20,000 nt of DNA. It comes from Halocafeteria seosinensis. Taxonomy: Eukaryota. The stretch's first letter is position 1. Each line of letters starts with the position of its first letter. The notes under the pieces were generated by a model, which ran no database searches, was not told where the DNA came from, and saw nothing but the letters and a program-made list of their open reading frames with translations. Shown here one piece after another: positions 1 to 8,618 of the stretch. The translations under genes and the position numbers were made by a program. The DNA is taken from the NCBI GenBank assembly GCA_001687465.1, contig LVLI01000067.1:45913-65912 (forward strand). The letters are read 5' to 3'.

Positions 1-388
1 GCGCTCACGGGACGCTGTAGAAAGATAGCAATGAATGTGGTACCTTGATAGGCTCCTCCAGTTATCATTGATTGTCAGTTCTGTATATCGCGTTGCCATT
101 CCCGGGTACGGTTGAAACTCACCGGCTTGAAGTTCCAAACTTCTGGGTGAGTCACCACATTATTCTACACCCATGGTTTCTTCTACGTAATATGTTCCGA
201 ACCCGGTCCGCTAGAAGATGAAAACTAATTCGGATTGATAATTTACCGGAAGCAATTAAGAAGAATTACTTGCCTGATATACAAGTTCACTGACATTTAA
301 CCACGTATCACTTCTGCTACTTACGCGAAGCAAACGAAGCGTGGTTCGAACCAACCAACTGTGTATTAAGAACCCAAGTCGCAGGAAA

Positions 389-1385
389 ATGTTATCCAAT
401 ATCATCAGAGCTAATCGCTTGCTTGTTACCCCAACGAGAGGTGCTCTATCTCAATTTGCATTTCCTGTGAGCAATGTTGCTACGCGAACGTTCGCTTCTG
501 ATAGCAACAACAAAGAGGTCGACGTCTCTCGTAAAACACCGAAGAGAAGAGGACATCGTAAGGAGAACGATATCGACCTGGCGGACCCATTCAACGCAGT
601 CGACCACATAAGGTGAGTGCAGCCGTATGCACACCTCGTTTGTATTTTTATTTGGTTCAGCACTATCGAAAGTTAAGCAGCAGTGTCGGATAGAACATTC
701 CGAGTTCCGAACATTGACCACCTATATGACTCATACCTCGCAGACAACTTCAAGATCGATTCTTCGATCAAGCTTTCAGAAATACACCTTTCGGGAATCT
801 GCGCGGCATGTTTTCTGACCCTTTCTCTATGCTTTCGCATAGAGGGAGAGAAGGAAACGATGAGCTTGGGTTCCCGGAATTCGGACCACTTGCAAACTGG
901 TCCCCGCAGTTGGCTTTGGACGTGAAAGAGGTACGTCTGTGTCAAGTTGCATGCGCATTGCTCATAAACTTCATCTTACTGTTAAACATGTGCAGCATGA
1001 TGATCATTTTGAGATTACTGTTGATACACCGGTATGTAGCATGTTTTCATATGGGATAGCATTTACTTCATTGCCACACATGGACGTTGAAGGTATCTCG
1101 CAGGGTCTCGACAAGGATAATGTTAAAGTGGAAGTTGAAGATGATGTCCTACACATTTCTGCTGAAACAGGCGACAAGAAGGAGAAAACGGAGAAGGATA
1201 ATGAGGGAAATGTTATTTTCCATCGGTACGAACGCCAGTCGGGTTCGGCCTCCAGGGCCATCCGACTTCCTGACACCGCTAACCCGGAAGAAATTACCGC
1301 CAACATGGATAAAGGTGTATTGACCCTTCACGTGCCAAAGTATGAACCATCGAAAAAGAACCGTCGGCACGTTGAGATCAAGTAA
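389..1385 (+). CDS. HSP20: Small heat-shock protein (HSP20/alpha-crystallin domain), predicted mitochondrial; 4 exons, about 242 aa
   Basis: Exons 389-612, 744-930, 996-1031, 1104-1385 with GT-AG introns (GTGAGT, GTACGT, GTATGT donors; CAG acceptors) splice into one frame of 729 nt. Alpha-crystallin motifs: LDVKE-HDDHFEITVDTPGLDKDNVKVEVEDDVLHISAE, RYERQSGSASRAIRLPD, ANMDKGVLTLHVPK, and C-terminal V-E-I. The N-terminus is Arg/Ser-rich with no acidic residues up to RTFAS, as in a mitochondrial presequence. Confidence 0.93.
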
Positions 1386-1534
1386 AGAACCGGCGCTTAC
1401 AAGGAAGCGTAAAATCAATCGCATATAGCATAAGTTAAGCCCCATTTCTGAAAGGACAATTATAGGCAATTCAACAGCGTGTTCAAATGCAACTTCGCTG
1501 AGTTCTGGCACTGGGCCCACCAGTTCAATAAGTA

Positions 1535-3956
1535 TTACACCAAATTACCTCCATGCTCATGCGCCGCCAGGCTACTTCTCTTGCGTTGATGTGTTTCTTC
1601 AACCGCTCTTTCCTGAGCGGCATCAAACGTGTTTCCGAAAGAATGCGATTTCTGCGCACTTAATAGAGAGCTTCTCTCATCTGCACGTTTCTGCTTTGCC
1701 TCTCCACGAACAACCTCAGCCCGCTCCCGTGCTTTCTCTTCACTCAAGTTCAAGACTGCGACATCATTCGTACAATCCACCAGGTTTAATACAATTCCGC
1801 ACAGAACACCGAAGGCCCCAAGACCGACGAAGAACATTTCCACACACGTGTATTTGTTGTCACAAGCCGGAGGTGTCAGCTTTCCGATAATAATAGGTGA
1901 AATAGCCAAACCTGCATTCTGTATAGCGGTGACTACCCCATAGGCGGTTCCTTGAAGTTCTGGCTCAATGACCAATGCTATACTTGGCCACAATGCCGAA
2001 GCGTATATACTGTAGCACACTCCCAAAATGACCAACGGGCCAATGGGGTTTAGGTGAGTCAGGCCAAGCACCAGGTGCACACCCACAATCAGTACAGCCG
2101 CGACAAGATTTAATAGAGCTCGATAGCCCACTTTGTCAATCAAAGCTCCCATGAAAGGAGAAAGCAAACCCGCGACGAGATATGTGGACATCATGATTGT
2201 GTTAGACTTGGCGTATATGTTATTCCTGGCATGGTCCGATATATCACCTGCGTCCTTGATATCATGGCTATCCATGTACTCCGGCTCTAACCACTTCTTA
2301 GTAATGAAGCGTGAAGCGATATTATTAAATGGTAGCACGGTGCAGTATACGGTAAGACAACTCAAGGTTAACACCCAGAATATAGGCGGGAAGCTAAAGA
2401 GAGCATTGAACTTGACTTCCTCCTTCTCGGGGTTGACATCTAAATCGTCAAAAGAGTCAATAATGATATCACTGGTTTCTACGCTTTCTGATCGCCCTCC
2501 ACGGCTTTTCTTCCATCCGGAAATACCGCTCCCAGGTTTCTCCTCTCCTTGACCGTGGCCACTTTGCTGGTTGATTGCAGGAGAGTACTCAAATCCAGGA
2601 GCGTTCACAGTGCTCTGAGGCACATTCCCAGCGGTGGGTGGTAGACTAAGAGCCTCCATGTCCCCGTCTGTCCTTTTCTTCCGCTTTTCTAGATGTTCTT
2701 GCCGACGGCCTGAGTCCCCGCCCGTTTTGGCGTTGTGTGATGTGAGAAGTGGGCTCTCAATGTTTGTCTCCATCATATTTTCAGTGTCCCACTGGCCCTG
2801 CTCTTCTTCTGCCTCGTCGAGTACTGGAGGCCATTGGCCTTGATGGCGCAGCCTTACTCTGTTCTTGCGAAGCAATTTCACTGAGGAACGATCGACAAAA
2901 AACGCCCAAAGAGTTGTACCAAACGAGGCGATACATACTAATAGCCCAACCCACAACACCCAGTATAGTTTGTCTATCCCTACAGCTTCCGCCACTGCTT
3001 GCGAAGCTTCGTCATTAATGACGCTGCCCACTCTAGCGAGCGCCAAGTTCATTCCCAAAGCAAGAGCTAGTTCCTTGCCACTGAACCACTGGGCAATCAT
3101 GGCTGACATGGCGACAGACAAGCTCTCCCCACCGAGACCGAATATAGTCCGGCCTAAATACATGACGTACCATGCGTTTGTTTTGTTGGACAACCTGCGT
3201 CACATACACGAAGAAGCCACTAGATAAAGTGCATGGGGGAAGATGAACTCTAACACCACTCACGTGAGGCCAATTGCAAAGATGAGTTGTCCCAGAGCAA
3301 TGATACCAGCAAAAACAGCGGCCATCAACCTTACCCCGAGGCGATCTGACAGCACTCCTCCGAAAAAGGGTAGGACCTGCGGTTGAAAAATCCGCTATTC
3401 CTGGTATCGTCCAAACTCCATTCACCGTCACATACCGTATTTGGAAACGAATACACACTATATAGCAAGTTGTACTTGACATTGAAGGAGGTTGCCTTGG
3501 GATTGTCATCCGATGCGTCACTTGGTACACCGTACCAACTTGCCAGCTGCAGTTGCCATCCCACTTCCGCTTCAGTGAAGTGCAACAGTAATTGAGCACG
3601 ACACTTACCTGGTTATGAATCGCAGTGGGGTTATCGTAGCAATAGTAGGAGCCGATGAGTGCCATACACAGGAGAAAGAGCATCAACCAGCGGGCTTTGA
3701 GCTGGGATCGGACCACCGGAATCGGCATTTTGAGGAGTTTAGCCATGATTAAGGCCTGTTTCTCAGCCGCATCCATATCCTCTACCCCACCGTTCGCTTC
3801 CTTTTCGGGTTCCTCACCGCCATTGGGCAAGAGGAGCTCGTCGTCCTCTTCACCATGCCGGGTATCATCGTCTATCAGCTTGGTGGTATCGTCATGGGTG
3901 ATGGAGGACCGAGACTCCTCCCCACTGCCCATGCTGGCCGTGTTTTCCCCGTTCAT
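1535..3956 (-). CDS. MFSD1: MFS transporter, MFSD1-like (lysosomal/vacuolar type); 4 exons, about 743 aa
   Basis: Exons 3956-3609, 3546-3436, 3376-3264, 3194-1535 (introns 62, 59, 69 nt; 2232 nt in frame). MFSD1-family motifs: GSYYCYDNP, YNLLYSVYSFPNTVLPFFGGVLSDRLG, GRTIFGLGGESLSVA, WFSGKELALALG, ARVGSVIN, LWPSIALVI, GTAYGVVTAIQNAGL. Confidence 0.9.
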
Positions 3957-4173
3957 CACGTTTTTCTCCCGTGATGGAATTTAGGTAGATCACCCCTGTG
4001 GTAAGTGTAAAAGCCCAAAAGGGTCAGGTTGTAACCAACAAACACCTTCAAAAACCATTGACTTCAATTGCCGGATTCTCCGGCGTCAGCCGGGACATCC
4101 CAGGGCGATTCCCACGCACGGAAAATGTAGCGATGCGACCCGCTGGTGGTGAGAAGTGTTGTACCACATGTTA

Positions 4174-4229
4174 CAAATGTGACACACAAAAATGTGTTTC
4201 CCAAATGTGACACACAAAAATATGTTTCC
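4174..4229. repeat. Two-copy 28-bp tandem repeat upstream of the MFSD1-like gene
   Basis: CAAATGTGACACACAAAAATGTGTTTCC (4174-4201) and CAAATGTGACACACAAAAATATGTTTCC (4202-4229), one mismatch. Confidence 0.9.
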
Positions 4230-4551
4230 CTTTCGACAGACAGCCCTAAGGGGGTTAAGACAGTTTGCCAGAGTATTCATGTATATTCCTCGTGCGGAGC
4301 CTTAGCCATCCTCGGGTTCTCGGCGAAGTCTTCTGCCTTGTGCCTGTTGTGGCCCTAAACCACCAAATAACAACTAGACAAAGGCAAACGGTTCTGTAGG
4401 TGGTGACAACTAACGAGACTTCGGATAGCGGGCTCTTCTATATTCAGTACATCGCTATCCCGGTGTTCTGGTTTTGAATCTCCGTACGTAGCCAACGTAC
4501 TCACCGCCAGGACACGGTCTACCCAGAATGATTGAGAATATAAAACGTGTC

Positions 4552-5721
4552 TTACATTCTTCCGCCATCGATTTCGACATTTTTACCTGACATGTAGCTT
4601 GAGTCCGAGCTGATGAGGAAGGACACAACACTGGCCACCTCATCTAGTCCCCCTAGTCGTTGCATCGGTACACCTGCAAGCATTTCCTTCTCTTTGGCCT
4701 GGATCTCCTCATTGGAGGGTTCCGAAGCAGATTGTCCACCTCGAGTTGCCGTTATTTGTCCTTTCACTTGGCTATACCACATCTGTTGCCCAAGAAGATT
4801 CAGTAATGCAACAGTATCTGCCTTTCCCCATAAAATTACCAAGCCTTACTTTGCAATCACCAATTAGATCAGGACTCACACAATTTATGCGCACTCCCGA
4901 AGCTGCCAGATCTCGAGAAGAGCTCTTTGTAATTCCGATAACCCCAAACTTGGATGCGCTATAAGCCACCATATTCGGTGGCGCTGCAGCTCAATTTCGA
5001 TACATTACGGTACGAAATCTGCCTTTGTCCACTATGAGTTACGCACCTACTACACCAGCCAAGGAAGCGGTATTTACGATTGATCCGTAACCTTGCTGGC
5101 GCATTTGCTCCCCCACGTATTTCACTCCCAAGAAGATACCGTATGTATTCACTGCAGTCCGATCGAACTCCTGTTGGTGGAACAACGCGAAAACGGGAAA
5201 GGAAGTACTTACCATTCAGTATTTGCTGAAATTCATCAGCATCATATTCTGTAACTGGTTTAAAACTCCCTTGAATTCCCGCCTGCAAACACACGTGAAG
5301 ATACGTACTAATCATGACCATAACTTGTGCATTCCACGAGCAGTGAACATACGTTGTTAAAGAATCCATGAACGACGCCAAACGCTTCGATTGCTTTGTT
5401 CACATACGCTTTGACGTCATCCTCCTTGGTCACATCTGCTGGTTGATAGAGCACTTGTGGCGACTTGGAAGCGGTATCTTGCCGTAACTTGGCGGCTTCA
5501 GCTTGAACTTCCTCGCAGCATTTCTTCAATCCCTCCGTTTGAATGTCCACGAGCAAGACCGACGCTCCGTCCGAAACTAGTCTGCACATACACGCAGAGG
5601 CAATATTGGCACTGATGCAGGAAGTCGAGGAAAACCTAATTGTATGGTACCTCTTGGCGGTAGCTTTGCCAATATCCCCGGCTGCGCCTGTGATGATGAT
5701 GTTGTAGCCCTCCAATCTCAT
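4552..5721 (-). CDS. Classical short-chain dehydrogenase/reductase, NAD-preferring, xylitol/polyol dehydrogenase-like; 6 exons, about 279 aa
   Basis: Exons 5721-5651, 5581-5353, 5282-5213, 5151-5047, 4983-4850, 4782-4552 (introns 69, 70, 61, 63, 67 nt; 840 nt in frame). TGAAGDIG Rossmann motif, LLVD acidic residue (NAD preference), NNAG spanning a splice junction, VNTAS, YSASK catalytic YxxxK, RINCVSP, VPMQRLG...SYMSG...IDGG. Confidence 0.92.
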
Positions 5722-5989
5722 TGCTTTCAATTTCGGTACACTATCCACACGTACTTTCGAACCTCGTGTGCATCTCTGTGGGGTAGTACAATGATCGTTT
5801 GGGCCTGTATATGCCAAAAACAGGGTGTAAAGGGGTATATTCACAAATCCATCTTCAACTTGCTGCCACTGTGGCAGAACATGGCCTTATAAAGGGCCTT
5901 TCCAGGTCATTTCCATACTCTATTTTGATTTGACAGACGGCGGGTGCATGTTTAGAGATAGGTGAACGTAAAACACTAGCTGTAAAGGG
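5722..5989. promoter_or_regulatory. Probable bidirectional promoter between the SDR and HexD-like genes
   Basis: Divergent ATGs at 5721 (-) and 5990 (+) are separated by 268 bp. AT-rich TATA-like words lie near 5837 (TATAT) and 5888 (TATAAA). Inferred from geometry only. Confidence 0.5.
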
Positions 5990-8596
5990 ATGATGAATAG
6001 TGGAGGAAGCAGTGGAAAGACCAAAGGAAGTCACACTTCCAGCGCCAATGGACAAAAGGACAATTCCAATGCCTCTGCTACGGATTTTGCGTCCTGCCCT
6101 TTGCTCGTTCATTTGGACCTCAAAGGAGCTCCCCCGAAGCCAGACTACCTTGCTACGATCTTCCCACGCCTGAAACAATGGGGCTGCACGGGTTTGGTCA
6201 TTGAGTGGGAAGACATGTTGCCATATACTGGAGCGCTGCGTTGCGTTCGTAATGTGGAGCATTACACCAAAGAAGAGGTCAAATGTATCCTAAAGTCGGC
6301 TCACAATGCCGGATTGGACATTATCCCTCTGGTGCAAACTTTTGGACATTTGGAATATGTCCTGAAGTATCCTCAGTTTGCGGTAAGGCTTATTGTCTGA
6401 TGCCAACTTAATCCAGCTGAATTGACACGCTTAGCATGTTTGACGTATACAGCACTTGCGCGAAGAGCCCGACAATCATATGGACTTATGTCCATTGGCA
6501 GAAGATGACAATAGCACCCAAGAGGGCGAGGAAGAAGATGCTACCCTTTCCCTAGACCTATCGGTCGTTGGAGCCAAGAAGTCGCAAGCTGCCGCAAGCA
6601 TGCTTCGAGATCTTATTTCACAGGTTATACAGATGCACAAAGATGCGGATGTACCGATTACACACGTGCATATTGGTGGAGACGAAGTGTTTAGTTTGGG
6701 AAACAATCCCCTTAGTGCAGCAGCTATTGCTCTAGCAGACGGTGGCATGCATACCTCCTTAGGACATGATAGCACTGGGCTTCAGCAGCTCTTTTTAGAT
6801 CACATTTGTAGCTCCGTGCTTCCCGTCATCGGAGAGCATCAACTGACGGCCATGTTATGGCATGATATGCTAGATCGATGTCCTCCACAATGGTTGCAAC
6901 GGCTCCAGTATGCCAAACACTTTGATTTGGGCTCCAGCCCATGCCCCGTCGAAGTAGTTGTCTGGGCTTACACACCAGATATTGCAGACTCCTTGCCCGC
7001 AGATGCAGAAAACACTGGCAAGAACTCCATGTGGCAACGGTTCAAAGATGCCGGCTTACCCCTTTGGGGTGCCTCAGCGTTTAAAGGAGCTGCTTCTCCA
7101 GACACTTCATTTCCTCCCGTTGCCCGTCATCTCAGCAACCATCTTTCTTGGGTTACGCGTGCTGAGTCAACCAGTTTACAAGGCTTAGTGCTTACAGGAT
7201 GGTCAAGGTTCAACCATACGGCTACCTTGTGCGAAACCTTGCCAACCGGTATACCTTCATTAGCGCTTAATTTATCCGTCATAAGGGAGATTGGAAAAGA
7301 CAACGTGGGGAAGTCGAATCAGTCGTACTTCTTTGCTGGCTCTTCTTCCTCTAGTACGATGATACCTATGGGATCTTACCGTGAGCTCGTGAAAGATGTT
7401 CACCGACGAATCTACAAGGAGCTGGGATTGGTCTGGAACCACGGAGGTATTGTCCCATTAACGCCTTCACTAACCCAACTCGGCGATCTTCCATGGCCTG
7501 ATAGTTCGGAGAGCGAAGGTGACCTAGGACGACAGCGGTTTCCGGGTGGATGTCTTTGGAGATTGTTTGGACAGCTAGTGAGTCCATGCGATGCGTTTTT
7601 TGAAATCGCCAAGCCTTGTCTATTGTTATGCTATGTCTTGCAGGAGAGTGCAAAAATGCAATTCCAACGTGCACAAGAAAATCGTAAACTGTTTTGTCCC
7701 CCCTACACTCATCGTTTAAACCCTCCACTGTGGAGAAGAATCGGTAAGTCTGCGAAAGGATATTATACCTGCCGACACCACTATCAGCGATGTCCTGTAA
7801 GTGAATTTTGAGGTGACGCAGAACAGCATTGCCGATCTACAGCATCGCTTGTGTCTTCCATAAGGGATCGTATGATAACCTACTGCTCTCAGTGTCTCAC
7901 CCCTGGCTCTGTCAGCGAGATTATATATGGCAAAGTAGATATACTCGAAGTGAGTTCCCAACTGGTTCGCGCGAGGACGTGTATGTCTTGATGCCTTGCC
8001 GTTTTTTGCAGCGAGAGTGCCTTCATCTTGCGGACGAACTTGCAAGGTGGCGCGCATTTCACTGTCCAGGTAACTTCGAACAACCCTCAGCAACTATTGG
8101 TCCCGTTCCGCCGTCACCCTCGGGAGCTCCTGCAACTGTCAGTAGTAGCGAACCACATGGTGAATCAGTCGAGTATGTACGGGCATCGTACACGCGGACT
8201 CCAACTAGGAATTCGCTGAAAGACACTCCGCCTAATGGAGCATTCCATTTTATGCCCGGACTCTCACTGGATGCCGTCGAACGATCATTTTCAGAAGCAG
8301 TCTCCAAAAGAGCAAGAGAATGGCTGCAAGGAGAAGGCATCCTTTTTGATTCTCAGAAGAAACCGTCGGTAAACTGCAACCTAGTTGAATTGCAAAAGAT
8401 AGCGAATTTTCTTAAGGTTCGATCGTGCAACTTAGAATCTAACTCGTCCGATTCCTCTCTCAAGAGTGTTGAAGCTACGGCTGCTTTGTTCATTATCTTG
8501 CCTTTGCTAAACAACGCCCCGCGATTTTCCGGACAAGCAGATGACGGAACTTCAGCAAGCGAAGATGTGCGCATGGATTGTGATGATGCAGAGTAG
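5990..8596 (+). CDS. HEXD: Glycoside hydrolase family 20, hexosaminidase D-like (beta-N-acetylhexosaminidase); 5 exons, about 779 aa
   Basis: Exons 5990-6382, 6453-7577, 7644-7743, 7813-7949, 8012-8596 (introns 70, 66, 69, 62 nt; 2340 nt in frame). HexD motifs: VHLDLKGAPP, IEWEDMLPY, IPLVQTFGHLEYVLK, HIGGDEV (catalytic D-E), MLWHDM, VVWAY, WGASAFKGA, LTGWSRFNH..TLCETLP. The two 3' exons are less certain (intron 3 uses a GAG acceptor). Confidence 0.88.
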
Positions 8597-8618
8597 TACC
8601 GACTTCTTATTCGCCTAA

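Noticed and set aside
44..99. Possible first exon of a minus-strand gene (MATRYTELTINDNWRSLS, then AG|GTACCA donor) divergent from HSP20
   Set aside because: Only 56 nt, no recognisable homology, and the rest would fall outside the window; plausible but unsupported.
3601..3612. ACACTTACCTGG resembling the 5' end of U1 snRNA
   Set aside because: It is the reverse complement of the MFSD1 intron-1 donor CAG|GTAAGT; no U1 body follows.
4174..4229. 28-bp repeat as a CRISPR array
   Set aside because: Two adjacent copies with no spacer, a eukaryotic context and no cas genes.
4552..8596. Fragmented SDR and HexD ORFs as pseudogenes, programmed frameshifts or an alternative genetic code
   Set aside because: Every break is explained by a canonical 61-70 nt GT-AG intron that restores frame and motifs.
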